A DNA stretch of 64,000 nt from Pseudovirgaria hyperparasitica (Eukaryota). Below are positions 12,832-26,470 of this stretch, in pieces. Location: NCBI GenBank assembly GCA_010093815.1, contig ML996583.1; one strand, written 5' to 3'. The notes beneath the pieces were generated by a model. That model saw only the letters and a list, made by a program, of their open reading frames with translations, searched no databases and was not told where the DNA came from. Both the position numbers and the translations under genes were made by a program. Positions within the stretch are counted from its first letter, which is position 1, and each line of letters opens with the position of its first letter.

Positions 12832-14676
12832 ATGCCATTTCGATTTTCAATTCCATCTAAAAGCATGAGGCTATGGAGGGGCAAGCTTGTGATATCTCCA
12901 AGCTCATCTAGAACTTTGTCGATACTCTGTCGGGGTGAGAACCACTTGTTATCTATTGATACTATCTGTTAAGCATCATAGGCGATCGCATTGATCGCGA
13001 GGAGCTTTTCAAATATACGAACGGACGCTTCTTAGTCAGACATAAGGAACAATGCGACCAAAGATATCTGAAATTCGACTTGGACCAGCTTTGCGCTGTG
13101 GCCGCCTCTGCCGGCAATACTAAATCGCCTGTCCGCAAGATTGAGAAAATGGAAGGCGGTTTCAGCAAAGCATTACTCATGAGCAAAGAGGATGGAACAG
13201 AGGTCGTTGCTAAACTACCCTTCTCTATTACTGGACCCCCTAAGTACCTTACAGCATCTGAAGCAGCCGTTCTTCAATACTGTGCGTCCTCCATGTTTTA
13301 GATTGGAAATCTTGCGACTGATCTATACATCAACAGTGCATGATCACACCACAGTCCCGGTTCCCAAATTGCTCGCATGGAACGCCGACTCTTCGAATCC
13401 AGTCGGTGCCGAATATATTATAATGGAGAAGGCGGCTGGCTGCCAACTAGTCAAGAAATGGGGAGAGATGAAAGGCATAGATCCTCTCGAACTCATCAAG
13501 AACCTATGCCTGATTGAGGCTGATCTCGCGGCGATTGCTTTTCCGGCGAATGGAAGTCTTTACTTCCGTGAGTCGATGGGGACCGGCGACAAATACACAC
13601 TTCTATCCCCGGACCTGGATCCTTCTGGTCAATTTTGCATCGGGCCGTCTTGCGAGCGGTCATGGTTCGGTAAAGATGATACGGAATCTGTACAAGCTCG
13701 CTTCAATCGAGGACCATGTGAGTAATACTAGACCAACTCGCTTTCCTTACTAATGAGTTATATCCTATTAGGGCCCACTCTACCTGCTTTCGGCGTAGCG
13801 CTTGCCGAACGTGAGATTGCTCGGATTGAAGAGAACCCCAAAGTTGCTCCTCACGGACCACCACGAGGCTCTATTGAGGAACAGCTTGCCGCCTTGCAAA
13901 CGGCCAAAAAGGTCTTTCTTAACATGGGCACGGAGACACTTCCTGGACGCCTCGCGTGTCCGACCCTGTGGCATACTGACCTTCACATGGGAAACATATA
14001 TGTTAATAATGAAGAGCCTACCCAGATTGCCACACTCATTGATTGGCAGTCTACCGGGGTCTCCCCTTTGTTTTCTCAAGTTCGGTTTCCCGAACTCATA
14101 AACATTGACGAGGACTACAAGATTGGGCTCGAAATCCCACCGTTTCCGGACAACTTCGACGAGATGGACGACGACGATCAAGCGGTTGTTAAGTTCAAAC
14201 ACAAGCATAAATTGATGGGCAAGGCTTACGAGGCGGCCTGCGGTTTCAAGGTTCGAAAGGTCTCCGACTCCATAAGTCTTCCTCCTTTTTTTCGACAATT
14301 GTTTCTTCGTACCGGGGAGGCGCGGGAAGAGGGTATTGTACCACTTCGTCAATGCCTAATTGCAATTGCCCACATATGGAATGAAGCTCAATTCTCCAGC
14401 GACTGTCCATGCAATTTTAGTGCAGAAGAGATTGAAAAGCATCAGCAGGAGTTTTCACAATATAGGGATCACCACAGGCTCTTTGAAGTTGCCCGGCAGT
14501 GTTTGGATACCGATGATGACGGCTGGATCGCGCCCTATTACGACTTTGAGAAGAAGCAGCAGGAGAACAAGGAGGTTCTTGAACTTTGCATAGCTCACTG
14601 TGCAAAGTATGGTAAATCGGCCGAAGAGGTGCAGAGAATATGGCCGTACTATGAAGGGTTGAGCATTCATCTCTGA
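12832..14676 (+). CDS. Aminoglycoside phosphotransferase-like (AIM9-like) kinase-fold protein, multi-exon
   Basis: FKYTNGRFL, EKMEGGFSKALLM, TASEAAVL, NPVGAEYIIMEKA, LWHTDLHMGNIYV, LIDWQ motifs; start codon approximate. Confidence 0.8.
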
Positions 14677-15674
14677 TCAGTCATCATCAAGTCCAAGAGC
14701 TTATCAAGGACAAATTTGTGACAGTGCTATCAAAATGTCTTGAGTAGTGACTACAGATAATCTCACATGTGAAGTCAATGAAGGATGTATACTTCCCTTC
14801 GACGACTGGGGACGGATGTGCAAGAACACTATATCTTACACGACATACACCTATAGCTCTGGGAGAAATATCGTAGCAGCTTCGTTAAACGAAGACGAAA
14901 GAGTTGGCCAGCCCTTGTTACAGTGGTAAGAAGAGTCTAAATACTTAGGTGATCTTTGACTTATACTGCGTAATTACAGTCTTATAGATGTTTCGTATCA
15001 CTTCAAAGAACAAGCACAGATTGAACGACTAATCACCAACCTGGACAGGCACTACTTCCATACAGCATAACCTCACGATTTATGACTGGCTATCATCCAC
15101 TTCTTCTTATTCACGGCAACTTGAGGAAGATATCTGTGCTTGGCTGAATATTCTCCCAAAAAGGAAATCTGCATTTGACTGTGGTTATAATGTAATGTAA
15201 TGACAGGGTGGGCTGTCGAGTCAAATAATCCACGCTGAGCTGGAAAGCGACAACAGTGTTGAAACGACCTGAGGCGCTACGAACACCGGGTTGCAGGCGA
15301 ATCATTCTAGGGCATGACCTTGATGTCGAGGTTAATGAGCGAACGAGCTAGGCTAGTCTGCTGTACACTGGGTATGTCAAGGATGCTTCTCTGAACGTTA
15401 TATGGCAAATGAAAACTGCATACGGTATATGGTAATTTATGAAATCTTTCAAGCATCCATAATATGACGTAGGTATAGCCGGTAGACTCTAACTGCCCTA
15501 CCTATACGTCCTTTAGTAGTTCGTACTTACACTGTTATACTAGTCCGGATAATGATCTCATAGTTACTAATTAAAGAGGGGCGAGATTGAGAGAAACAGG
15601 AGTTCTTTATTACATAATCGGCCCATAGAAAGCTTCTGTTCAGCGTTACGTTATTTAGAAAATTATTACATATC

Positions 15675-16731
15675 ATGACCCTAAATACTGTGTCTGGCAA
15701 GGTCGCAATCGTCACGGGGGGAGGGTCAGGTACGTCAAGTAGTATAACAATTGTAGGAAGCCTTCTAATGACGAATATTCCATAGGCATTGGCCTTGCAT
15801 TCGTCCGCCTGCTGCAATCTAGAAACTGCAATGTTGTTATCGGAGATCTTTGCTTGATCGAAGAATCAAAGGTGCTCGTGGAAGAAAGCGCCGTTCGATC
15901 TGTCGCTAAAGTTCTATTTAAAGAAACAGACGTCTCAGACTGGAAGCAGTTGGGGGAACTATTCTCCTTTACAGAGAGTCATCTAGGTGTTCCAGACATC
16001 GTGTGTCCTGGCGCAGGAGTATTTGAGCCAGTATGCTAATCAACATCTCTGGCAAAAACCGGGCTGATAAAACGTGCAGAAATGGTCAAACTTCTGGGAG
16101 GACAGTGAGACAGACAGTTACAAGACAATTGCCATTAATTGCGAACACCCAGTGAAGGCCACTCGTCTCGCAATTCGGGCCTTTTTGAAAGCGGACAAGC
16201 CCGGCGTTATTGTCCATATATCATCGACCGGAGCGCAGGTTGCTGCATTGAACATTCCAATATACTGCTCAAGCAAGGCCTTCATCAGCCACTTCGTGCG
16301 TACCTTAGCATCTCTTCAGGCAGAAAACATCAAAGTAGTTGCCGTTGCCCCTGGGTGAGTTCGCTTAGTCTTCATTTTGGCGCATCAAACTTTCACTAAG
16401 CAGATTAAGAGCCGTAAATACACCATTATGGAGCAAATGGGATAATGAGGGCTCTGAGCGTGGGAAATCTGATAGGAGTGCTTGGGCTAGTCCGGCTGAG
16501 ATTGCTAAAGTCATGCTGGCTCTATGTGAAGATTCGCAGTATCAGGGAGGTACCGTTCTCGAGGCCTATGGTGGTGGCCGAATACGACGAGTCGAGATGT
16601 TGAACGATCCTGGCCCATCTGGGGCTGATATAGGAGTTGATGGTCGTCCAAAAGGACTATCAAGGGATGATCTGAATATTATGCAGGAGGAAATCCAGGA
16701 GCACTTAGCCCGTGAGCGGGGGAACGCGTGA
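15675..16731 (+). CDS. Short-chain dehydrogenase/reductase (15-hydroxyprostaglandin dehydrogenase-like), multi-exon
   Basis: GKVAIVTGGGSGIG Rossmann motif (spliced), VCPGAGVFEP, catalytic YCSSK, VAPG. Confidence 0.85.
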
Positions 16732-17050
16732 AGAATATCAGTTTTATGGGACGCGGGTTATCTCCAGGGTCTGTCAGGGGCAGCAAAGTTATAAGGTTAT
16801 GCATGCAAACAGCCATGAATGAGCACGCTTGATACCTGTTGGTGATCCATCTACGTTGATGGATGCATACCTGGTCCTTAGCTACTTGTGCCCCACTAGC
16901 GTGGGGCACCACCACTAGTACCGCCTGCGCTGGTCTTAGGCTTCACGTCCACAGTGTCTCTACGTTCCGGTGCGATACATACTTCGACCCCAACCTCAAG
17001 CTTCACACGAGAACCAGAGCTCGTACACGGTCCATCTTCTAGCAAACACC

Positions 17051-17400
17051 ATGCAGATCAAGTATGCCTGCTCCAGCTTCTTTCTGTTTACGAGTGTCTG
17101 AAGCTAACTTTGAGATCAGAGTCAGAACCCTCACAGGCAAGGAGATCGAGCTCGACATCGACCCAGAATTCAAGGTATCACGGATAAAGGAGCGTGTAGA
17201 GGAGAAGGAAGGCATCCCACCAGTCCAGCAACGTCTCATTTTCGGCGGAAAGCAAATGTAAAGCAGATCTTGTCCAAGCCTCAGTCCACAGGCTAATACC
17301 TTTGTCTAATAGGGCTGACGAGAAGACCGCCGCCGAATATAACCTCGAAGGAGGCGCCACTTTGCATTTGGTTCTTGCGCTGCGTGGTGGATCGGCCTAA
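17051..17400 (+). CDS. NEDD8: NEDD8/Rub1 ubiquitin-like protein, 3 exons
   Basis: [17 protein letters not shown]...[24 protein letters not shown]...[11 protein letters not shown](SA). Confidence 0.96.
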
Positions 17401-17859
17401 GTATGGCAGTATATGGGCAAGGGCATCATGAGATCAACGATGGGTGCAGCGATACTGCGAACTAGGCATATCACACTGGGGTGATGATGAATGCAGCGAG
17501 CAACATCACCAAGGATCGTAACACTACTGGATGAGGATTGGGGCGTTTGGATGATTTACTTTGTCATGACACAGCAATAAACACGATTTGGAGGCGCAAG
17601 GGCACATCAAACTATCCATCTGTCCTTGCTCAACTACGGCGCAATCTATGCAATCGGCTGACAAGTGTCGAAGGCTTCGAAGCAGAGAGCTATGAATCAT
17701 TTACCATTGCTCATAACAGGTACTTTCATTTAAATCATAACCCTTATTTGATGGACTGAAACAGAGATAACATGCCTAGCTCATATCAAGGCCCGGAACG
17801 CTAAAGTATACTTCAATAGATCGCTAATATGCATAGAGTTTCGTAAAATTAACTTGCGG

Positions 17860-18843
17860 TCACCTTTTAAAGCGACTCTGGTTTGGAGGCATGAACACGC
17901 TAACGTCTTTCTTCTTCCGCCTGAGCGGCCTGGCTGGCAAATTCGTCGGTGATGTTTGCCTATGTCCTGAGACATCTGTCTTAGAAAGGTTTGCGGTAAA
18001 GTTGGAGGATTTCTGAGGAGGCGGTGGTGATGGCGTCGGCGTCAAGCCAGTTGGACTACGACGTGGTGGGGGTATGTAAGAGACAGTCTTGCGCTTGATT
18101 GGAACGGGTTTGGTCTTGGATACTGCAATCTTGCGTGGAGGAGTAGCCGTTGGTTCATCTATTGATGCCATGGAGTCTCCGAATATGTCTTCATCTTCGT
18201 CGTCAAAGGAAAGCTTCCGTTTTGGAGCAGGCCTGCTGGGTTCGCTTTGGAGGATCTTTGGTACTTTCTTCATCTCCTGTGCCTCCTTGGCGGCTTTACG
18301 TTGAGCTATAAGGTCGGAGGAGATGGGTACCTTGTGCGGTACTGAGTTCGCAGCCTTAGTAAATGGCTTCCTTGTGGTGCTGATGATGCTTGGAGTAGAA
18401 CGTCTCAAGGGCGTAGTCCGTCGTCGCTTCGGGCCTTGAGTGATCCTTTCAGGTACAAATTGAGTTTTGTCCATACTTCGTTCGTCTTCAATACGCTTGA
18501 GTCGCTCAGCCAGATTCTGACTTGATCTTTGAGCTGCCTCTGCCTCCTGTTTTTGAAGATATTTGTAGAACTTGTACCAGTTTTTGCGTCCCCTCGCTTT
18601 GAGGTCCTCTGGATATTTGTGATAATTTGGAATTTCCTTGCGGATGATTGCCAACCATAGCTCGTCGTCTTTGCCAGCAATTTGCGGGCAGTTCTGCTCA
18701 AGCCGGTATAGTTGCTCCGGGTTATCAATTTTCCTGAGAAATGGTTGGCACCATTCGTACTCCAATGAACCAACGTCATCAACAGCAGTAATATTGCGGA
18801 CAACTGCTCTTAGCGCTAGTTTGGTCAAAGATGCGACCGGCAT
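17860..18843 (-). CDS. ELA1: RNA polymerase II elongation factor SIII subunit A (Elongin A)
   Basis: BC-box-like SLTKLALRAV, DVGSLEY...PEQLYRLEQNCPQI...DELW, basic low-complexity C-terminus. Confidence 0.8.
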   Translation of the reverse strand: MPVASLTKLALRAVVRNITAVDDVGSLEYEWCQPFLRKIDNPEQLYRLEQNCPQIAGKDDELWLAIIRKEIPNYHKYPEDLKARGRKNWYKFYKYLQKQEAEAAQRSSQNLAERLKRIEDERSMDKTQFVPERITQGPKRRRTTPLRRSTPSIISTTRKPFTKAANSVPHKVPISSDLIAQRKAAKEAQEMKKVPKILQSEPSRPAPKRKLSFDDEDEDIFGDSMASIDEPTATPPRKIAVSKTKPVPIKRKTVSYIPPPRRSPTGLTPTPSPPPPQKSSNFTANLSKTDVSGHRQTSPTNLPARPLRRKKKDVSVFMPPNQSRFKR

Positions 18844-19483
18844 TTTGATGACGACACACGGGCTGAGTAGAGAGTTCTTTTATCTACGATTTAAATGTAG
18901 ACGCCTCTAGCCAGAGAATTGCGAAGTAGATAGATGAGGTGTGAAGATCGAATGTCAAACGAGGTCAAACTGAATACAGTTCAAAGCACAGAAATGACAA
19001 CAAAACCGAAGAAAACAACAGTTGGTCTGGCCTGGTGAAATGTTCTCCAGAGTGGTCGCAATGTGGAGGCGTGTTCAAGCCTGGGAGAGTTTGGCAATGT
19101 TGTAGTCTTATGGTGTCTGACAACAATTTGATGTATTCACCGGTAGATGGTTCTGTGGAATATTGCAGAGTGGAAAAGAGTGTCTGTAGCATATTCGATA
19201 ATCTCGTTGGGCAGTGTTTGATAGTGTGAGCTAATTCGAGGTGAATGATTGATGTTCTTTCTCCAGCCACACACGTGCTAATTAATCCATCCATGGATCG
19301 CTAGCGCGCAGGGCGGACCAGTAATTACTGCGACGATCCATGAACAATAGCAACTAGACTTTCACATCTGCTCTGAATAGCTCTGCTCTGCTCTGCCTAA
19401 GTTCTCCGCTCCATGTAACAAGTCCCCTCGATCGCATCCTTCCGACAACCTGCGCGACAACCTATGCAACCGAAGTACGCAAT

Positions 19484-20555
19484 ATGACCGCTAGAATATC
19501 CAACAATTACGGCCTGCTGGATCAGGCTGAAGAAGGTTTGTCAATGGCTTGATCGCGACTGCCCGAGTACCAACCAATACATAGATGAAATCCACAAATC
19601 ACGACCATATGCTATTGAGACCAAGCCCTTTACGAGAATCGCAAGCCGACTGTTGCAGCCTACGTCGCTGATCAATCAACCGCCCGCTCATCTGCCGACT
19701 CCACCTCCAGACGGCAACACACTTGACGAAGAGGCCGCGGCGAAAACGGCAGACCGGCAGCAAATCGAGGAGCAGCGAAGGATATGGAGAGAAGAATGCA
19801 TGCTTGATTTTGCAGCCTTTGAAAGTAGCATTGTGCGCATTCAACTTCTTCACAATAGTAATGAAGTAGAGAGGGCGCGTTACGCGGCTGAGAAGCTGAA
19901 GATCCAGGAGACCATGCAAAGAGTCAGGGACAACACAACAGAACTTCACGTTCAACTCGAAGAAGCCCAAAACAAGCTTACACTTCGCAAGACTTACGAT
20001 CAGCTAGCTGACAAGATTCTGAGTAATCGCATGCTAAAGCCAAGAGAAGATCAACATGTCCAGTTGGAGAAGTTGAATTCTGAGATTGCTGAACTGGAGC
20101 GCGAGAAAGAGCAGTATGCGGAGACATGGACCGAACGGCGTAACCAGTTCAAGAGGATTGTGGAGGAAGGCAAGAATATGCTGCGTATTATCCGTGACGA
20201 GAAAGAAGAGGCTGAGCGTAAGGAAGGTATGGAGGGCGGCGATGACGTAGACGACGGTGAGGGTAGTACAGTACGTGGAGAAATAAGCCGAATGGGTACG
20301 CCAAAACCTGATGGTGCTGTTACTCCCATGCATAAGAGCAATAATGGAGATGAGAGTTCATCACAGCTTGCTGTACCTAAATCTCAACACGGCATGTCAG
20401 GATCGCCCGCTCACACAAGGAGCACAGATTTGTCACCTGTGGGACCAGAAGAGAAAGATACCCATGATACAGACATGACCAATAGCGAAGGAGAGATTGA
20501 GGAGGGCGAGGCAGATGTTGACTCTGATATCGGCGAGGCTATGGTCACAGAGTAG
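19484..20555 (+). CDS. THOC7: THO complex subunit 7 (Mft1/THOC7-like), 2 exons
   Basis: YGLLDQAEED-EIHKSR...EKPFTRI-like N-terminus; coiled-coil LDFAAFESSIVRIQLL...ERARYAAEK...YDQLADKI. Confidence 0.75.
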
Positions 20556-20745
20556 GAATTTCGCTACTATCATCGTCCATTGCATAGCGCGGTGTCGGGA
20601 TTTGCATGTTTTACATTCGTGTGGGTATCTATCATCTACCTCTGAGCCCGTCGCTATTAGAACAAGATTATGGATCGCTCAACTGGAAAGACGCACTTTC
20701 CACCATCAACGTACTCTGCGAAATCATCTATACCCGGAGAACACC

Positions 20746-21202
20746 CTAGGATGTTTTCAACAGGCTAGCCTTTGCATTCTCAACAGCCTCTTTTGCCTTC
20801 GTGACCTCTTCTGTGGCAGAAGAGTTGTCCTGCTCCTGTGCAGTTTCCTTGGTGGTGTCAGTTCCTTGTCTAGTGATCAACCAGAGTGAGTCTTTAGCGT
20901 CCGCTGTACTCACCATCTCTTGCTCCAACTTCGCAACAGCACTAGCAATTGAATTTCGCACCGTGGGTATCATGACTTTAGTTTCTTCTAGAGCTTTTTT
21001 CTACTAAAAGGTTAGTAGCTCCCGGCGTCTAAGTCCTTCCTTTTCATGCCTCTTGCTTAATTTCGTATTCGTCACCGTTTGCATCCTCGAGTTTCTTGAT
21101 GCTGGACTCCTGTTGCTCGAGCTCTTTGTGATAACTGAGCTCTTCCTTGACAAGTCGATTGACAGATGAAGTAGCGATTGCGAGCTTCGAGGGTGGAGGC
21201 AT
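20746..21202 (-). CDS. TBCA: Tubulin-folding cofactor A (Rbl2/TBCA), 3 exons
   Basis: MPPPSKLAIATSSVNRLVKEELSYHKELEQQ...ALEETKVMIP. Confidence 0.88.
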
Positions 21203-21332
21203 TGTGGATAGAGGCAAAATATCCGTGGCGCTGCTTGATCGGATATCCTGGTACGTTGGACTGAGGGGCATAAGGTATGAGGTAAGTCGCCTAGATTCCG
21301 CCAAGCCTATTTAACGAAACAGGTTAGTCTTG

Positions 21333-21364
21333 ACGCGAGCCCGCGATCGAAAGTCGCGACGCGT
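21333..21364. promoter_or_regulatory. Cluster of MCB-like CGCG elements upstream of MCM4
   Basis: ACGCG, CCGCGA, TCGCGA and ACGCGT (21359-21364) within about 30 bp, roughly 100 bp upstream of the MCM4 ATG. Confidence 0.6.
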
Positions 21365-21465
21365 CGACTTTTACCCGCCCGCATAACCATTTGTTCTTGG
21401 CTCGCCATCATCTTCCCTCACTCACACTCACATCTCAACCTCCCAGTGTGGTTTGTCACGCTGCC

Positions 21466-24400
21466 ATGTCTTCCCCTACGTCAAGACGTTCTCAGAGGTC
21501 ATCGCAAAGTGGTACTCCTCGCCGCAAAGGTCGACAGTCACAGGTCCCTTCCAGCAGCCCAGCCCCCGTAACAGCAGATGAGCAATTACGATCAGAAGCC
21601 TCCAACAGGTCGAGCGTTCGAGGAACCCCGCGAGCTTCTCGTCTGCAACAGACTACAACAGCTTCATCTCCTCTGTTCTATCAGTCATCTCCAGCCAAAG
21701 GCTCTGGTGCAGCAAATGGTGCGGGTGCCAGCTCACCCCTGAGGCGGGGTGCTGGAACAGACGGCGACAGAACCCCAAGGCCCTCTAATCTTACGGCAAG
21801 AGGTAATATGTTCATGATCATGGCCATCGCTTTGCCTAACCATTACCACCAGATTCGTCCCCCATCCGATATGCCTCGAGTTCCAGTGCTGCGCCACGAA
21901 CAGGTCAACAAGGGACCGATATCCGTAGCGAAAGCAGCGGTCTCTTTGTTCGATCTTCGATATCTGGCCCTCCGGGCACAACAGCGCGCAATCGACGCAG
22001 TGATATCAATTCTGACCTCGTCGCGAACAGCTCTCAGCGGCGTCGCAGGCTTTTCGTTGACGAGAATGGAGTTGCCGTCGAAAATGACGGCGGCCCATCA
22101 GACGCTGCTACTTTCTCCAACCTCGATCCAGGTACTTCCGACGCAGATGTACTTGGCGGCGCTTCAACTAGAGTCATCTGGGGTACCAATGTGTCCATCC
22201 TTGACTCGATGAATGCCATGAAAGATTTCCTGATGCGATATCAGAAAAAGTATCGAATGATCAAAGATGGGGATCTTGATAAGGACGAACAGATTTCAGC
22301 CGACCACCCAGGAAATACAAAGGAGTACGTCGAAATGATGAAACAAATGCTTGACATGGGTGTAACGGCCCTCAATCTCGATGCCAGAAACTTGAAAGCC
22401 TATCCGCCGACCCGCAAGCTTTGGCACCAGCTGCAATCATTTCCCAATGAGATCATCCCACTCATGGATGTGGCTGTTAAGGACTGTATGTTGGAGCTGG
22501 CCGAGAAGAAGATGAACGACGTGCGAATGCAAGGTCCTCGAACTCAGGCACGGCGACAAGCAAGCTCAGTTCCACCTATGCCGAGCTCAGATATTGACAA
22601 TCAAGGCCAACCTTCTACCCCCGTTGCATCTGCAGAAATTCCAGATCTTGTTAGGGAAGTAGACACCAAGATATACCGGGTTCGCCCATTCGGTCTGGAC
22701 AATACCATCAATCTGAGAGAACTGGATCCAGGAGATATGGACAGGCTCATCAGCGTTAAAGGTCTTGTCATTCGCACAACGCCAATCATCCCGGACATGA
22801 AGGACGCATTCTTCCGCTGTGCAGTTTGCAGACACACAGTCAAGGTCGACATTGACCGTGGAATGATCGCGGAGCCCACAGTCTGCCCTCGCGCTGTTTG
22901 TGCCTCCGCAAACTCAATGCAGATCGTACATAATCGTTCGGGGTTTTCAGACAAGCAAGTCATAAAACTACAGGAAACCCCGGATAGCGTTCCTGACGGC
23001 CAAACACCACATGCCGTGTCTCTCTGTGCGTACGACGAACTAGTTGATGTTTGCAAAGCCGGTGATCGTGTAGAAATCACAGGGATCTTCAAGTGTAGCC
23101 AAGTACGCGTCAACCCCCGCATGCGCACCGTCAAGAATATCTTCAAGACATACGTGGATGCTTTACACATCCAGAAGGTCGATAAGCGCAGAATGGGTAT
23201 TGATGTGTCCACGATCGAAGAGGAACTTGCAGAGCAGGCCGCTGGCGGCATGGAAGAGACTCGCAAGGTCACTCCAGATGAGGAGGCGAAGATCAAAGAA
23301 GTCGCCACTCGGTCTGACGTTTACGAGCTGCTGTCACGATCTCTTGCACCGAGCATTTACGAAATGGACGACGTGAAGAAGGGAATTCTTCTTCAACTGT
23401 TTGGCGGCACGAACAAGTCGTTCCAGAAGGGAGGAAGCCCGAAATATCGGGGCGATATCAATGTGCTTCTATGCGGTGATCCATCAACTGCCAAGTCTCA
23501 GCTACTTCAATACGTCCACAAGATTGCCCCCAGAGGAGTATATACCTCGGGCAAGGGATCTTCTGCTGTTGGTTTGACGGCTTATGTTACGCGCGACCCA
23601 GAGACCAGACAGCTTGTCCTTGAATCTGGAGCTCTTGTGCTTTCTGACGGTGGTGTATGCTGTATTGACGAGTTTGACAAAATGTCTGAAAGCACACGGT
23701 CGGTCTTGCACGAAGTTATGGAACAGCAGACGGTATCAATTGCAAAGGCAGGAATTATCACGACATTGAACGCCAGGACGAGTATATTGGCCTCAGCCAA
23801 TCCTATTGGCAGCAAGTACAATATCAATCTGCCAGTTCCTCAAAATATCGACCTGCCCCCAACCCTCTTGAGTAGATTTGACCTAGTGTACTTGGTCCTA
23901 GATCGAATTGACGAGCAGAACGATCGACGCATGGCTCGTCACTTGGTCGGCATGTATCTTGAGGATACCCCTGAAAACGCTAGCGCAGCAGAGATATTGG
24001 TAAGGATTGCTAACCAGAAGCTTTCTGGTACCGACGCTAACTTGGTTCTCAGCCTGTGGAATTTCTCACATCATACATCTCGTATGCGCGCACAAACTGC
24101 CATCCTACTCTCACAGAAGCCGCCACGAAGACTCTGGTCGACTCGTATGTTGCACTGCGCGCGCTCGGATCCGACGTTCGAGCTGCAGAACGTCGAATCA
24201 CGGCCACGACGCGTCAACTCGAGAGTATGATCCGTCTAGCCGAGGCTCATGCCAAGATGCGACTGTCGAGTATTGTTGAAGAATCAGACGTTGTCGAAGC
24301 GGTGCGTCTCATCAAGTCTGCTATCAAACAAGCCGCGACAGATGCGCGCACTGGGCTGATTGATATGGGGCTCCTTACTGAAGGGACCAGTGCCAGCGAG

Positions 24401-24637
24401 CGCAAGCGCAAGGAAGAACTCCGTGCTGGTGTGCTGAGCATTGTGGATGAGATGTGTGGAGGAGGTGGTGCGGCTCGAGTCAGCGAGGTTGTTAAGAGGC
24501 TTGGTGAGGCCGTGAGTGCTCAGATCGAGTCACAGGAGGTGATGGACGCGCTGAAGTCGTTGGAGAGCGAGGGACGCGTGATGCTTGGTGGCGATGGCGC
24601 AAGGAGGACTGTCAGGAGAGTCACGGGCGTTGTATGA
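21466..24637 (+). CDS. MCM4: DNA replication licensing factor MCM4 (Cdc54), 3 exons
   Basis: S/P-rich N-terminal tail, zinc finger, GDPSTAKSQ Walker A, CCIDEFDKM Walker B, SRFD arginine finger, TATTRQLESMIRLAEAHAK. Confidence 0.97.
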
Positions 24638-26470
24638 GCATGATAATTAAAGGTTATGTGGATTGATTGTATCAGCTGGGGGTAGCATGAGATGGCGACG
24701 ACAATGATCACGACAACGACGGCGGCATGGAATGGTATAGCATGGCATGGATTACTGTGGGTAATGAGCTCAGTGGTTTCGGTGGTGGTATCAAACCTTG
24801 TATTGTCTTTGCTCTGCTGCATGTCTACATTCTTATCATAGGCCCTCCCTCTTTTCCTCCTCTTTTCGACTTCTTTCAAGGCATTCAGGGATGCATACTA
24901 TGCGACTGATCTGCTGCTTGAGAAAACCCACATGATGGCTAAGCTCGACTCGACTCGAGATGCTGCTAGTCCTTAACACAAATTCAATTTCTGCACTCTG
25001 TTTCGAGCCAGAATTCGCTCTACGTTTGTTACCGATAGAGGGGCACTGATCTTGTAAGGGCGTTTTGGACCCCTTGGAACCTCATGTCTGTGTGCGTGTG
25101 TGTGCATGCATGCCCGAATATCGCCCGGTTTCCGCCTACGCCCTTCCGTCCCTGAGCCTGGTCCAAGCACCGGGTGCGTACTTATGAGCATGGGATTCGC
25201 TCGCAAAAGGGGTGCGTATATCTAGTACCATCCGCCACCACCGCTCTGGCCCTGCAGCCCTATAGGGTGGATCCATGCATGTCGCCGGGTGACCCTGATC
25301 AGATACACGCACAGAAATAGGACATGTCTGTTCTCCAGGGACATTGCTTATTTCTCCAAGGAGTAACCTCCCTGTCTTGATATCGTCGTCGTAGTCGGCG
25401 AGGCAGGTCAGGAAAACATTTGCGTACCGAAAGGAAAGGAATGGAGGCAGACTGACACGTGAAGACGGTATGGTTCACAGGGTGCAGGTTGTGGGACTGT
25501 GCACATGGATTCATATGCGAGAAATCTATGTGATGTGTGTGAAAGACAGTTCGATCGAGATCTAATTGGATGACGCCCTTTTCCGTTCCTTTGGATACTT
25601 ACTGTTGCTGTAAACATGGTTGGACTGCTAACGGCGGTGCTGCTCGCCGCGTGCAGGGGCTCGTCCCGGTGGATGATGATGCTAGCTAGTGAGGTGAAGG
25701 TGCTCGACGATGATGAAATATTGTTTCTTCTTCATGGAATCCTTGCATAGATTTTTTTTCCGGCATAGGGCCAGTAAAAGGAAATTTAAAGATTCAAGAA
25801 ATAGAAAGGGACCGGATCAGGGGGTCAGGGTGGGTCGTCCGGGTGTTCGCGAACCCTGATGTATTGTGATTGGAGACGCAGTAACACCTGGTACCTGACA
25901 AGGCGAGGTGAGAGAGCTACTACTGTAGCGCTTCACATATAATTAGAGATAGAATCAGATATAGCTAGAAAGATAACGGTACATAGGATATACTTTATGT
26001 ACGCCGAAGTACGCCGAAGTTCAAGACTCCGCGTATAACTCGTATACAAGCTAATACCATCTGGGTTGGTTTGGCAGGTAGGGCTAATTAGCGGCGAAAA
26101 GCAGGGAGCTCAAGCCTGCCTGTCATGTCGGCTGTGCCACGCGGGACTTTCGGTAGATCGGCGATAGTTGATCGCCTGCACGGGGTCCTAATGCAGCTGT
26201 GGATCCGCTCGCTTCTGCAGGCGCCGTTGGGAAGTGGAGCCCGTGTTGTCGTCCCCACCTAAGTAAGGTAGTAACTACCTTAGTACACTTTCGTACCATA
26301 CACACTGCACACCACTACCTACACCCACGCCCGGTAATTCCACGCTCCAGCTCCCTCTCCCACCTACTGTGCCCAACTACTGTGTGCATCAGATCTCTCG
26401 ACACTCGAGCAAAAGCTCGGACCGACTGCAAGAAAGACAAACTCATCCTCTCTGTCGATGTAGAGATACC

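Noticed and set aside
25627..25690. GCTAAC...GCAG followed by GLVPVDDDAS, vaguely like a precursor unit
   Set aside because: Single short match, no YPxY or KR, immediate stop; consistent with chance
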